NCBI RefSeq assembly: GCF_006345805.1
Contig: NC_043010.1
Location: 2,542,001 to 2,606,000 of the forward strand
DNA length: 64,000 bases
Reading direction: 5' to 3'
Origin: Octopus sinensis
Taxonomy: Eukaryota
Part shown: piece by piece, positions 25,263 to 39,039 of the stretch
Position numbering within the stretch: the first letter of the stretch is position 1
How the letters are laid out: every line of letters begins with the position of its first letter
The notes under the pieces: model-generated
Told to the model about the DNA's origin: nothing
Database searches by the model: none
The model's input: the letters and a program-made list of their open reading frames with translations, nothing else
Made by a program: the position numbers and the translations under genes

Positions 25263-25974
25263 CTCAACAGTTGGAAATAATGGCATCAGAACTGATCAAT
25301 GCTTAAACACACAGGAACTATTTCAAGGAAGTGAAAACCAGGAAATGTACCTCACAGGGAATTAAAAATAGAATTTTGGTACATACAGACACATACTTAC
25401 ACACACACATATATGTGTGTGTGTGTATGTAAGTATATGCATAAACACATGCATATTCAGATATGCATAAGTATATGTATACATATGTACACATAAGCAC
25501 AGACACATACATATATATTTATGCATAACACAAAGAAATATGAATATATATACACAGGCATATCTATAAACTTAAGAAGTACACTATCAATGATCAATCA
25601 ATACAGACTTACTATATTTACTGACTTCCAAGATTGCCATAGAAAAAAAAGAAAGAAAACATCCCCTCCTTTTCAACCAGTCTTCCACTATCTTTAATCA
25701 AAATTCTATAACACCAACATCATTGCCACCAATAAATATCACCCCTTTCATCCACCACCCCACCAACACTGGCAATGTTCCACTAAAAATTGGTAAATGC
25801 AATATCTATCATAACTCATTTGCAAATTTAATCAGTAATTAAGAGCATTAAAACTATCTGCCTATGTCTCTGAGTAATAACTGCTTCTGATTTAGGCACA
25901 GGGACAAAGAAATTCTTAAGGGAAAAGGTCATTCAATATCGTTTACTCCAGTATTTGACTGGTACGAATGGCTT

Positions 25975-26185
25975 CAAATTTTGGCACAAGGCAAGCAATT
26001 TTGAGGGGCAGGGCAAGTCAATTCCTTCAACCTCCAGTGATCAGCTGGTACTTATTTTATTGACCCCCAAAAAGATGAAAGGCAAAGTCAACTCGGTAGA
26101 ATGTGAACTCAGAACGTAAAGACGGATGAAATGCCATGAAGCATTTTGCCCAGCATGCTAACAATTCTGCCATCTCACCACCTTT
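25975..26185 (-). mobile_element. SINE family B
   Basis: ggcacaagg...aaagatgaaaggcaaagtc...tgaactcagaacgtaaag...ctcaccacc. Confidence 0.8.
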
Positions 26186-26279
26186 GACTAATACTAATAA
26201 TAACAATAAAAAAAGCATATCAAGTATATTTTAACAAGAGAATGCTGGTTATCTCCTAAAAAATATTTCAAACAATAAT

Positions 26280-26760
26280 TAAAATAAATTACTTCTGGTG
26301 TTTACCACTCACACCATTTTTCTCTATTTCCCACTCACCTTTCTCACTCTCATAAACTTATTTGCCCATTCATTCTTTCCAATCCTCTCTACCACTGAGG
26401 GTGAGCCAGGATACTTCTACACCATCGCCTCTCTCTCTCTCTCACCAGCATGACACCTGTTAACCTTTATCATACTCTAACCCCTCATCACCTGGCACAA
26501 AGCTATCTTCCTCAGTACCATCCCCACTCAGTTGAGGAGTCTTGTCTTGCAAGTGACTTGGTGACCTTCCGGGTGCTACAGCCATGTAAAAAATATCCAG
26601 CACCCTTGGTAAAGTGGATGGCATTGGGAAGGGCGTCCTGTTACAGAAACCATGCCAAAGCAAACAACAGAGCTTGGTCCTCTGGTTCACCAGTTCCTGT
26701 CAAACAGTGCAACCCGTGACAGTGTTCAAAACAGGCATTAAATGAGGATGATGATGACGA
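26280..26760 (+). mobile_element. Repeat family C with a pyrimidine-rich 5' extension
   Basis: A CT-rich segment leads into gtgacttggtgacc...gccatgtaaaaa...gggcgtcc...gatgatgac. Confidence 0.6.
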
Positions 26761-28184
26761 GGACAAAATGGGAAAAAAAAATGAAGGTTTATTGAAAATA
26801 ATATTTGTTAAAATTTATTATTCCCTTACTTATACACTTTATATTTTGTCTCCAATGATGGAATACACAGGATATGGAAATGTGGATCAACACATGGATC
26901 CATTACCTGGGATATCCCAGAAACAGTTATAAGACACTATTTTATCATTTTTATTTTATTTTTGCTTACTTTGCTTTACCATTAAACTAATTTTAATGAA
27001 TTGATAAGCTTCTCCTGCCTTGATTTTATTTTCCTCTTCTTTAAATTATACCTACTGACTCACAGGTAGGCAACGAATCACCTATTGGATAGTGGCCACC
27101 ACAACTTCAGACCCCATTGGGAACTTGGATCCCAGTAGCTTATCAATTGGAGCACTCAAACCGCATACCTATTAGTTTAGGTTACCAGTTACTTAAACTC
27201 TTCCTCTTCTGTATAATTACACATATAATTAATGTATTACATATGTTCTTAATGGTTGATGACCTGATACCATAAGAACATGGACTATCAGAGTATGTTC
27301 CATAACAACAGCAGACTAATTCTTATGTCCTTCACATGAAAGATATACAAATAAAAACTGTATTACTTAGCCCATCATTGATAGAGAAATGTGAACACTA
27401 AATTTAGTGCTCAACAAATAATACACCCCCATCACCCACCCCAAAAAAAAATACAGAACATTCAAAACTTGTTATCAACAGAAAGGAATAAACTAGTATC
27501 CAGTGAAAAGAATGTCAATCTAAATAATCTTTTCTACTCAAGGCACAAGGCCCAATGCCAATCTAAATAATAGGTAGAAATTTCCATATCAAGCTTCACA
27601 AATAACAAAAAAAAAAGAAGGCATAAATGGATGTGCGAAGAATATCTTTCAAATGTAGATATTTTGCAACAACACTATCTCTGAAAAAATAAACTACAAT
27701 ATATCTGTGTAAAATAACTTGGGTCTAAACAAAATGTGTGATCCCAACAAAGTCATTACCTTCCAAAACTACATTCAGAAATAAAGAAAAGAAACAATAA
27801 AATTTTAAAAAATGAAAACAGAGGCACAAACGAGCTAAGCAGTTAATTGTATTGCACCGTGTTCCTGGTATAGCAGGAATAACTTAAATGTAAAGTAGTG
27901 GTTTCGGTGGACAAGTATGGTAGTTGATAGACCTACTATTGTTATTCTACTGAATTTTTTTTTTCTGTCCATTAGTTTGTCTGCAATGTACAAATATGGT
28001 AGTTAAGAGATAAGCCTTATTACTGTCATTCTCCTGAATTTTTTTTTTTTTTTTTTTTGTGATTCTGTCCACTAGTTTGCTTGCAATCATTACTCTTGAG
28101 CTGTGTGTGGATTTATTTATTTATCTTTGTGCTCAGGAGCCCAGGTAGAAAGTAGTGTTAGATACAGGTGCTCAAGTCTGAGAA

Positions 28185-28580
28185 GGTTAAGAAGCTGGCT
28201 TTGTAACCTATTTCTTTACTACCCACAAGGGGCTAAACACAGAGGGGACAAACAAGGACAGACAAACGGATTAAAGTGATTACATCGACCCCAGTGTGTA
28301 ACTGGTACTTAATTTATCGACCCCGAAAGGATGAAAGGCAAAGTCGACATTGGCGGAATTTGAACTCAGAACGTAGTGGCAGACGAAATGCCGCTAAACA
28401 TTTCGCCTGGTGTGCTAACGTTTCTACCAGCTCGCTGCCTTAGTAACCATGTAGTTTGGGGTTCAGTCCCATTGCACAGCACTGCACCTTAGGCAGGTGA
28501 CTTCTACTACAGTCCTGGGATGACTAATCTTTGTAGGTGAATTTGGTGGTTGGAAACTGTGTGCAAGTCCATCATATATA
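28185..28580. mobile_element. SINE B (minus, about 28208-28441) inserted into a SINE A head (plus)
   Basis: The A head ggttaagaagctggctttgtaac|...|catgtagtttggggttcagtccc is split by a full B copy, with gtaac duplicated. Confidence 0.85.
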
Positions 28581-29274
28581 TAAGTATGTGTGTGTGTGTG
28601 TGTCTGTATCTCTTTGTGCTTATCTCCACCACCACAAACCTACGATTAAGACATTCCAACCATGCCATCCATTATTTTTTTTTTTGCAAGGGTTTGTGTA
28701 ACTACACTATTTAATGTAGCTTTTCTTTGGGAATTGTTTTTTGCTTCTTCTTGTTCTTCATCAGTTTATTACATTATTTAATGTTATTTTTTCCTTTTGT
28801 AGTCGTTAATATTATATTAATTATCATCATCATCACTTGATGTCCACTGAGAGAAATTTGGCTGGTCTTTCTAACAGGTTAAAATGATCACAGAGAGCAG
28901 ACATGGGAAAACATTTTTGAGAAGCAGGCTGTGTGAAGCATGATTCATCACTAGGTAGGCCACACAACCAAAAAAAAAAAAATTCAAGATAATTTTTTGT
29001 CATGCATATCATTCACGCAGTCCCATGGGCTGCAAGTTGCCTGTGACTGACAAAAAGAGTCCTTTGTAAATTGTCAGATTGCATTTATGTGGATATGTTT
29101 AATGCATGGTGCCCCAGCTTGGCCACAACTTTAGGGCTGAAACATGCAAAAGAATAAAAGAGTCCATGTGAGTGTATGAGTGTATGTTTGTGAGTGAGGT
29201 AAAATACATAAAATATATACTGAAAGTAAAAGAAATATAACAACAATAACAATAATCTTTATAATAATAATCCT

Positions 29275-29490
29275 CTTTTCTACCATAGGCATTAGGCCTG
29301 AATTTTCGTTGGGGTGGGCCTGGTTGATTACATCTTCCTCAGTACTCAATTGGTACTTATTTTATCAAACCCCAAAACTAAAAGGCAAAGTCAACTTCAA
29401 TGAAATTTGAACTCAGAAAGTAAAGAGCCTGAAGAAATGCAGAGAAGCATTTTGTCTGCTGCACTAACAATTCGGCCAACTCACTGTCTT
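29275..29490 (-). mobile_element. SINE family B, decayed
   Basis: aaaggcaaagtcaac...gaaatttgaactcag. Confidence 0.7.
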
Positions 29491-29534
29491 AACAATAATA
29501 ATAGTAGTAGTAGTAGTAGTAAAAATAAAAATAA

Positions 29535-29675
29535 TCCTTTCTATTATAGGCACATGACCTGAAATTTTGGTGGAAGAGGGCTAGTTGATTACATCAACCC
29601 CAGTGCATGACGGGTATTTAATCAACCTTGAAAGGATGAAAAGCAAAGTCAATCTAGGAAGTCTTTGAACTCCAA
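29535..29675 (-). mobile_element. SINE family B, partial
   Basis: gaaaggatgaaaagcaaagtc...tttgaactc. Confidence 0.7.
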
Positions 29676-29689
29676 ACATGATGATGATG

Positions 29690-29975
29690 ATGTGACACAT
29701 AAAAGGCACCTGTGCCAGTGGCATGTAAACTGCACCCATGACAGTGACATGTAAATGGTACCCACACTGATGACACGTAAAATGGCACCAATGCCAGTGA
29801 CATGTACAGCACACCCTGTAACGTAGCTGGTATTGGGAAGGGCATCCAGCCACAGAAACCAAGCCAAAATTGTAGACTGAAGCCTGAGCAGCTCTCCAAC
29901 CTCACAGCTCCAGTCAAGCTATCTAACCCATGCCAGCAATGAAAATGGACACCATATAATGATGATGATGATGAT
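29690..29975 (+). mobile_element. Repeat family C
   Basis: Repeated gtggcatgtaaa units, then gggcatccagc...ccatgccagc...gatgatgat. Confidence 0.7.
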
Positions 29976-30416
29976 AATTACTATAATAATAATGATTACT
30001 AAAGGAAAAAATAACATTAAATAAAGTAATAATAAACTGATGAAGAAGAAGAAGAAGAAACAAAAAAAAACAAGACAAAAATAATAAATAAAGAAAAAAG
30101 TGGATTATTTAAACCAGCATTTAATAATCTGGCATTTTGTAATGGCAAAGAGTAAAGTAAAATGAAAATGAAATGAAATAAGACAAAATTGAATAAAATG
30201 AACAATAGCTGAAAAGTGAAGAGATGAAAATTTGCCAAGAGGGGAAGTGCCAACAGATTTTATCAAGATTCCAATGGAAGTAGTTTGGATGTGATCAAGG
30301 ACATTTTAAATTTGTTTCATGAGAAAAAGAATGAATGAATATATATGAATAAATAATGTTAATCAACAGGTAAAAATAAAATATAAAATTGCATTATGCA
30401 TGTGTGTGTGTGTGTG

Positions 30417-30548
<132 letters not shown>

Positions 30549-30554
30549 GTTTTC

Positions 30555-30863
30555 GTGCTGGTGGCACGTAAAAAGCACCATCCGTTCGTGGCCGTTGCCA
30601 GCCACGCCTGGACCCCGTGCCGGAGGCACATAAAAAGCACCATCCGATCATAGCCGTTTGCCAGACTCGTCTGGCACCTGTGCCGGTGGCACGTAAAAAG
30701 TATCCACTACACTCATGGAGTGGTTGGCATTAGGAAGGGCATCCAGCCGTAGAAACATTGCCAGATCAAACTGGGCCTGGTGCAGCCTTCTGGCTTCCCA
30801 GACCCCAGTTGAACCGTCCAACCCATGCTAGCATGGAAAGCGGACGCTAAACAATGATGATGA

Positions 30864-30868
<5 letters not shown>
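30555..30868 (+). mobile_element. Repeat family C, young CpG-rich copy with internal tandem units
   Basis: Three ggcacgtaaaaagcacc-type units, then ggcattaggaagggcatccagc...gctagcatggaaagcggacgctaaacaatgatgatg. Confidence 0.88.
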
Positions 30869-30957
<89 letters not shown>

Positions 30958-31889
30958 CACACACACACATGCACACACATATAGTTTTTATTAAAGCCGA
31001 AAAAAATCTCCACAAACTATTACTCGGAGTTTCAAGCTACTGTTTGTTGGACAGTTGTGTGATCATACTAAAATAGAAATTCTGATGGTCCATGTAATAT
31101 AATATATGATGTAATACAATTCAACAAATAAGCAATTAAATTTGATTGGGTGACTGATTTTCAGAAACATAATAGTCTTGCTACTAGTGAGTAGGGGGGG
31201 ATAGAACTTAATGGTGGAATTTATAAATATTTAATAATAAAATTTAAAAAAACCTTGTGTAAAAGCGAAGGAAAATGGGAAGAATATATCCAGAAAATTA
31301 GGAATTGCAAATGATTAATTAATAATTAAATGGAATAATTGGATTGCAAATTGGGTATTTAAAAGTTGAGATTATAATAAGGGATACATAAAAATAAAGC
31401 AATAAATGAGAAATTAAATAAATAAATAAGTGTGCAAAAAATCTATAACATTGCAAATGAAAGAAAGAAAAAAAGAGAAAGAAGAAATGATAGCGATATT
31501 GGACAGGTAATTGAATTAAGGCAAGACAGAGAAAGGTGAGGTTGAGGAAGGAGAAAAAAAGCAAAGAAGAGAATTGGCAAAAAGGAGGCCAGAGAGAACG
31601 AGGAAGTGACTGATAAGGGTTATATAAGGGGGGGGGGGAGAAAAAAGTTGGTAAGTTTATGAATGTTTTGTAACCGACGTGTATTGAAGGTATAATTAAG
31701 TAGAAATAGTAAGGTAGCAGAAGATTATAGAAAATATGAGGGAACAATACATGGGCACACATATACGGACAGAAAGACTAGTAGAAGGTGTGTATATAAA
31801 TATATATATATACATAAACACACACACACACCCAAATTAAAACACCTAAATCTGTATGCTCACACAAATATATACATGGATGTATTTTC

Positions 31890-32273
31890 TTTTATTCTTT
31901 TAGTTGTTTTGGTCATTTGACTGCAGCCATGCTGGAGCACCATCTTTAATCAAACAAATCGACCTCAGGACTTATTCTTTGTAAAACCAGTACTTATTCT
32001 ATCGGTCTCTTTTGCCGAACCACTAAATTACAGGTACATACACACACACCAACATCAGTTGTCAAGCAATAGTAGGGAGACAAACACAGACACACAAGCA
32101 TATACATATAATTGACGGGCTTCTTTCAGTTTCTGTCTACCAAATCCACTCACAAGACTTTGGTCAGCTAAAGGCTATAGTAGAAGACACTTGCCCAAGG
32201 TGCCACACAGTGGGACTGAACCCAGAACTATGTGGTTGGGAAGCAAGCTTCTTACCACACAGCCACACCTGCA
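31890..32273 (-). mobile_element. SINE family A, full length
   Basis: Tail, central microsatellite and head ...aagcttcttaccacacagccacacctgc are all present. Confidence 0.88.
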
Positions 32274-33523
32274 CTTAAATATATGTATAAATATTCATTA
32301 ACATACGTAAAATACACTGATGAGTATAAAACAAATACACATACAAACAAACATACATATAACATTTAGGATCTTTTCTGTTTGGCTCACACTTTTCGAA
32401 ATTTTCAAATTAAGTGAAAATTTTCAAATTTGGTGTATCGATGTAATTTTTCATACTAGATCTGTGTTTGTTATTCACTCATTTCAGAAAAATTTTACAA
32501 AAATGTTACAGAGTTTTAAAGTTTGATTAGTTTTACCCAATCAGAAAACAGAATTTTGAAGCTGGCATTTTGTGCATGATGACAACATTACAATAACAAA
32601 ACATCCAATAACAATAAAATAAGTTTTAATGGATAAAGTCATGTGAAATGTTGGAACAGGCATATAAACAATATAACGAATAAAAACTCCTCAATGAATA
32701 TTTATTGTTTTTTTAGCAAAAAGTTACAATACATTTTTTGTAGTTAATATTAAAAAAATGAAAGTTTACAATGCACTCTTGGTGACTATCAAACAACTTA
32801 CAATTTTTGTATCTCCTGCACCACATAAACTCACAGCGATAGGAATCAACCATAGAACAATGAGTTCCCCAGCCTCATTTATGACCTCATTTTACACTGG
32901 CCCATGTGCTTTCCACTTGTTGCTTGTGGGTAGCATCTTTTGAGTTAATAAACTCAATGCTGTGGTTTACTGTTCTCCTCAGAATAACAATTTCTCCATC
33001 ATATTCAAGAGGTTAAATGAGTTGGCTGGGGTCATACTTCTATTCGAGTTAAAAAGGTCGAGGTAAACACAGTTCAAAATTATGAAAATGAGGTAGTGAC
33101 AGGACAGCAACTGAAAATATCCATTTCTCACACAAAAAAAAACACAGGTGAAGCAGACTATATAGCTTGGCTTGTTGCTATGGAAACAGGTATCAATATG
33201 TTTGTAGCTTTCGATTGGCTAAAATTACTCCAAAATTTGTAAACTTCATAAGCCATTAATGTTATATCTATTGATTTATGGCAAAAAAGTAATTCATTTC
33301 AATAATTAGCATATAAAGCTACAACACACCAAATTTGAAATTAATTGGAACCAAATTAAAGGAATTGGAATGTGTGAGTCAAACAGAAAAGATTCTAAAA
33401 TCGCATTTTGTCTTGATATGGGTATTGTTCCCTTTCATGCATTTGTAGAAAGTTATATATGCACATGAGTATACCTGAGCGAGTGGATATGGACTTAGGA
33501 ATGTGTGTGTGTGTGTGTGTGTG

Positions 33524-33572
<49 letters not shown>

Positions 33573-33753
33573 TTGAAAGTCTATGAGGATTATTTAATAC
33601 AACTTTTGAAGTGTAAAGATGATTTTTTGTTTCAGTAATTTTTTAAAAAATTGTTATGAAATCTGGTACGAGGATGTTACTAACCATTTTCAGGAAGAAA
33701 TTTTTCCTAGTGTGTGAGCACTTTCATTAAACCTTTTCAAACACATGTGCTCT

Positions 33754-34663
33754 GATTATATATATATCATCATCATCGTTTAACGTCCGTTTTCCGTGCT
33801 AGCACGGGTTGGACGGTTCGACCGGGGTCTGGGAAGCCAGGGGCTGCACCAGGCTCCAGTCTGATCTGGCAGTGTTTCTACAGCTGGATGCCCTTCCTAA
33901 TGCCAACCACTCCGCGGGTGTAGTGGGTGCTTTTTACGTGCCACTGGCACAGGTGCCAGGTGAGTCTGGCATCAGCCACGATCGGTTGGTGCTTTTAATG
34001 TGCCACCAGCACGGAAGCCAGCCAAGGCGGCGCTGGCATCGGCCACGTTCGGATGGTGCTTTTTATGTGCCACCGGCACAGGTATCACAACTACAATTTC
34101 CATTGATATTTGTTTCGATGTTCATGTACATGCACTTGACTCAACAGGTCTCCTCAAGCACAGCGAGACGTTCTGGGATCCAAGGTACTTTGAATGGGCA
34201 GGGGCTATGCGGAACTGGTACCGGAAGTAGCCCGGGTCTTTGCAGTCACAGCACATCTCCAGTGATCTCGGTCCTTCGCCATTGCCTCAGTGAGGCCCAA
34301 CGCTCTGAGGTCATGCTTGACTACCTCATCCCATGTCTTCCTGGGTCTACCTCTCCCCCTGATTCCTTCAACTGTTTGGGAGCGGCACTTCTTCACACAT
34401 CTCTCCTCATCCATCCGCAGTACATGACCATACCATCACAAGCGTCGCTCTTGCACACCACATCTGATGCTTCTTATGTCCAGCATTTCTCTCAGGGTGC
34501 TTACACTCTGTCGTGCATGCACACTGACATTACACATCCAATGGATCATGCTAGCTTCATTTCTTTCAAGTCTACGCATGTCCTCTGCAGTCATGGCCCA
34601 TGTTTCACTACTGTGAAGCATGGCAGTTCGCACACATGCATCATACAATCTACCTTTCAAAAT
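33754..34663 (-). mobile_element. 5'-truncated RTE-clade LINE (ORF C-terminus plus family C 3' UTR) with 21 bp TSD
   Basis: Translates to KGRLYDACVRTAMLHSSETW...GVQERRL and CVKKCRSQTVEGIRGRGRPRKTWDEVVKHDL, with a (GAT)n tail. TSD cttttcaaacacatgtgctct at 33733-33753 and 34664-34684. Confidence 0.93.
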
Positions 34664-34682
34664 CTTTTCAAACACATGTGCT

Positions 34683-34909
34683 CTTACGCTAGAAAGAGAT
34701 CCACATAGGTCTCAACCACTAAGAATTGTTCTCCAGAAAAATTTAGCAAACCAGAAACGTAAGCAAGCAAGACAAATGAAAAAAATGGATTAATCTATAT
34801 TTTTGTTACTTTTCATTTGTCTTGCTCGCTTACGTTTCTGGTTTGCTAAATTTTTCTGGAGAACAATTCTTAGTGGTTGAGACCTATGTGGATCTCTTTC
34901 TAGCATAAG
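34683..34909. repeat. Long inverted repeat: 100 bp arms, 98/100 complementary, 27 bp spacer
   Basis: 34683-34782 is the reverse complement of 34810-34909, with two transition mismatches. Confidence 0.95.
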
Positions 34910-35049
34910 GGCTTCCACATAGTGGTTCCTTCTTATATATATATATATATATATATACATATATAGACATACACACACAAATATAACTGCATATATATAT
35001 CAAGTTATATGCATGCCAGGAAGTTGTATGTGTGCAAGTACAAAACCAG

Positions 35050-35430
35050 AAAAAGAAAAAAGATTCAAGAATTCAGGGAGATATCTCTGATAACAAAAGG
35101 ATTTCTCTCAGAGTGAAAGGAAAATTACAGTACTGCATGGTGGTAAAATGTAAACCTTGATTGGAGAGGTTTTGTGAAGACAGAAATTAATACATGGCGT
35201 ATGTTCTTTTGGAGGTGTAATGTTAGTTTGCATGAATAATGGGGCACAAATAAGCTAAGAGTAATGACGGATATACCAGAAGTTTAAATACAGTTCACAA
35301 GTGAAAGAGAAAACTGCATTGGTACATGCTTGTGATATGTATGGAAGATGTCATTTGTATAAGGAAGTGCCAAGCACTCCAAATGAATGGAATTTGTGGA
35401 AAAAAGACAGCTAAGAAGCCGTAAAGAACC
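35050..35430 (+). mobile_element. Old RTE LINE C-terminal fragment
   Basis: Decayed translation ..ITKRISLRVKGKL..CNVSLHE..KLHWY..IRKCQALQMNGICGKR, homologous to the 34.2-34.7 kb copy. Confidence 0.65.
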
Positions 35431-38400
35431 TTTCATTTAAATAGTAGTTGTAATGAAGATTGAGAAAGAGAATACTGATAATTTGGGAAAGCAAATTGCT
35501 TTGGGGCACCAGGAGTGGTGTTTTTCCCTAAAGTCAAATGATGTGTGGTTATTTTTGTCTTTAGGAAGGGGTCTGGCAGATTGTCAAGGAGCCCTCCCTT
35601 GCTCTACAGATCGTTTACTGGTTGAATCCCATTCTTATAGGTTCTGCTCTCACGACCATCTACAGTTCTTCCTGTTTCTTAGCTTCAGTTCATCTAATAC
35701 TCAACGTCTCTGTTTGTGTAACAAGGGGTAGCACTTGAGTTGTGTGGATTTGTATATGCCACAAGAATAACCTTTTGTCACCCAACATGCATATCTTGCA
35801 TTATGCTATGTAACAAGAGATGGTAATAGAACAGTTCACTCCAACACCCCTACCATCACCAGTCTTCACATTATTATTTGCCATCATTTTATTACTTATT
35901 ATCTCATTGTGTTCTAACCATTCCTTTATTGTTTACCATTACTTATAATCAAAGATGACTCGACAGCAGGTATGATGTTCTCACTAATAGTTTTAGGAAC
36001 CCATACAATTGTGAGTAGACACAAATAACCTCTTGGCTCCCTCTCATCCCTGACCCTGTAGTACATCCAGGATGTAACAATTGAATGGAAAGAAGGCTGC
36101 ACCAGCATGGAGTGGTATTTCATTTATTGATCCCAGAAGGATAAAAGACCAAGCTGACCTAGGTAGAATTTGAACTCATACTAATGACCTGAGACAAACA
36201 CTTACAACAGAGAGGGTTCTATAAAAAGTTGCTAAGAGTTAGATTTTAAACCAGTCAAAGAATTGTCTTCCAACCCCACAAAAAAAATCAATGGTCTCTC
36301 TCTCATAAGCTTCCATTTACAAAGTTTTGATCAACTTGAACACTAAAAGTGCCTTGCAGTGGAATTGAACCTGTAACCATGTGCAGGCAAAGTGAACTCC
36401 TGAACAACATGGCCATGCCTGCTCTCACTATTATTCGTTTTTTATTCCAAGCAACGACATGCAAGGACATAACTGGACTGGAATACTACTACTGCATTTG
36501 TGGCCAACTGTTTTGTTTTAACCCATAATCTGTTGTTGTTTTATTTCTTCATTTATGTGCATGTGTGTGTATGTGTGTGTGTGCATGTGCGTGTGTGTGT
36601 GTGTGCGTGTGTGCATGTGTTCTATAATATAATTATATTTGCTAGCTTCAGTATGTAAAGTGTAGTGTTTTATGACACTTCATAAAAGCCAACAGAGTTC
36701 ATAGAAACTGTTCTGCTGTTCTATCTTTCTTCTGGACAACAACTAGAGATAGACAGACAACAAAAACGCTTGCATAGCTGAGAATATTAGAAAACACTTT
36801 ATCTAAATCATACTTTTTTATGTATTATGTCTTGTTGCTTGTGTGTGTTTGTGTGTGTGCATGCGTTAGTATTGACAAAGCTTCTTGTCACAATTCAGAA
36901 ACTTTATAATCATTTCTTCTTTCCAGCCTACCACTCACCATTTTCTGTTTTTTTACATTTTTTAAAAATCTTGTTGTGTGTACTTTCCCAGTCATCCATT
37001 CACCCCCTCTCCAGATAATAGACAGGCCTTTGTATCCCTTGAGTTAAGACTAGTCTATTATTTCTTGAAGGGAACCACACAGTGGACATCTGGCAACCTA
37101 TGAGAGAAGCCTAGTTTATTAGATTTCAGCTATACTCAACAGAGGGGGGAAAAAATCTATAGAGGAAGCCATGGCAAAAATAAATAACTAAAAAACAAAT
37201 AATAAAAGTACAAGATAAAAAATAAGATAAAAAGATAAAAAAATTATAAACATCAAGTTGTATAACTTGACAGTATTGTGTGCGGTGGTTATACACTTTT
37301 GTAAAAAAAGGAAGCCGTAAATATATAAATAAATATGCGCGTGTGTGTGTATATATCTTTTGGAAATATGGTTTAGGTTTTATAGCCTATATAACAATAA
37401 AGAAAGCAAGATTAAAAAACATTATATATCATGTGTGTGCATATGCATAATTATGATTGTTTCTGTGTGTATATGTGTATATGTGTGTGTGTGTGTGTGC
37501 GTGTGTATTCATATTTCTATGTTGATGTATGTATTTGCATTTATGTATATTCATATGTAAATGTTCATATTTGCATATTTGTGTATACGTGCATGTATGC
37601 TCATGTGTTTGTATATATGTACGTGAGAAGGTATGTATGTATATATGCATAAATGTATGTGTATGTGTATGTATATATATATATATATACACACACATAC
37701 ATACATGAATGTATGTCTCTCTATGTATATACATACGACTTGTACTGTGTGTATAGAGAAATATATTTTTTTAAATATGAGTGAAAGGCCATAACAAAAC
37801 AAAATAATAAAGAAAAAAGAAGATAAGACAGGATAAAAATATATAGATATTTGAAGTAAAGTAACCCTGCCCCCCTTCCTTACAAAAAAAAAAAAACCAA
37901 CAGAAAACAAGAAAAACACACACACACGCACCACTCAAAAAAAACAAATATAAATCAATATGGAGTTGTAAAAAAAAAAAAGAAAAAAGATGTTTAAGCC
38001 CAACTGAAAAGTGTTAAGCTTTTCGAAACAAAACACATCTGATGGATGGGATAAAATGCAACTGGCCACAAAACCGATCCCAACATATTTGCATGACAGT
38101 ACGGCACTACTCGCACCAGTGAAATTGTCTTCATACACACAAACTACAGATAAATCACCTTCTGCTGTCTTGCTTAGCTATCTTTTCACGTCAGTTGAGG
38201 CCTATTCATAAATGTCACTCTCCTGGCTTTTTACCACAACCACCACAACCACCACCACCACCACCACCACCACAAGCCCACCACTGCCATCCCCACCATC
38301 CCTCTTATTTCATTGTTTTTTTTTTTTCTTGCATTTATCATTTATATTATTATCATTATTACATTCATTATTATTATTATTATCATTATTATTGTTGTTA

Positions 38401-39039
38401 TTATTACCAGCATCATCATCATTCGCCAGTATACAGGATTCATAGTCAGTAAATACATATGATCCATTGCTTTATACACAGGATTTTATTACCAGCTTAT
38501 AACAGGGTTTTCACCTCCCCCCCCCACTACACTCATTTTTATTTATTTATTTATAATGTTCAGCTTCACTAAAAAAAAACCCAGATGTAAAACAAAACAA
38601 ATGGTTTGAAAACAATGAAGGAATATGATAGTGCAAAGGCAAAAGACAGAATAAAGAGTCTAAAATCATTTAAAATTTAATTTCATTATAAATTCTAATT
38701 TCCCCATTTTTTTCTTTTTTTGTAAACACCTTTTATGTAAGTTAATGTCATTAACTGTTAAGTTTAATTTGATCCATAAGTAAATTGCTGTAAATTTTAA
38801 ACTGTCAATTAGCACCAATTCATAATCCCTAAAAGAGCACTTTCGCTTTTGTTGTTCTTTTTTGGTCTTTTCATTATGAGGGAAGGCAGTGTCCAAGACC
38901 TTTTACAGAACTAGTTGAAAGGAAGAATGCATCGTGTATCCTTAAACTAGAGATCAAGTGAAAATGCTTGCAACAGAGAGTACTCTGTTAAAAGCACCCC
39001 AAGGTGAGGCAGAGGTGTTAAGCTGAGAGATGGATTAGG

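Noticed and set aside
31015-31065. Third hammerhead-like remnant on the minus strand (ctgtccaa...gcttgaaactccgag)
   Set aside because: Core and stems are too decayed to support the call.
32280-33330. Possible DNA transposon with subterminal inverted ccaatc motifs
   Set aside because: I could not define termini, a TSD or coding remnants.
33809-34708. 299-aa plus-strand ORF
   Set aside because: It is the antisense reading of the RTE/family C insertion, with a non-ATG start and no protein-like features.
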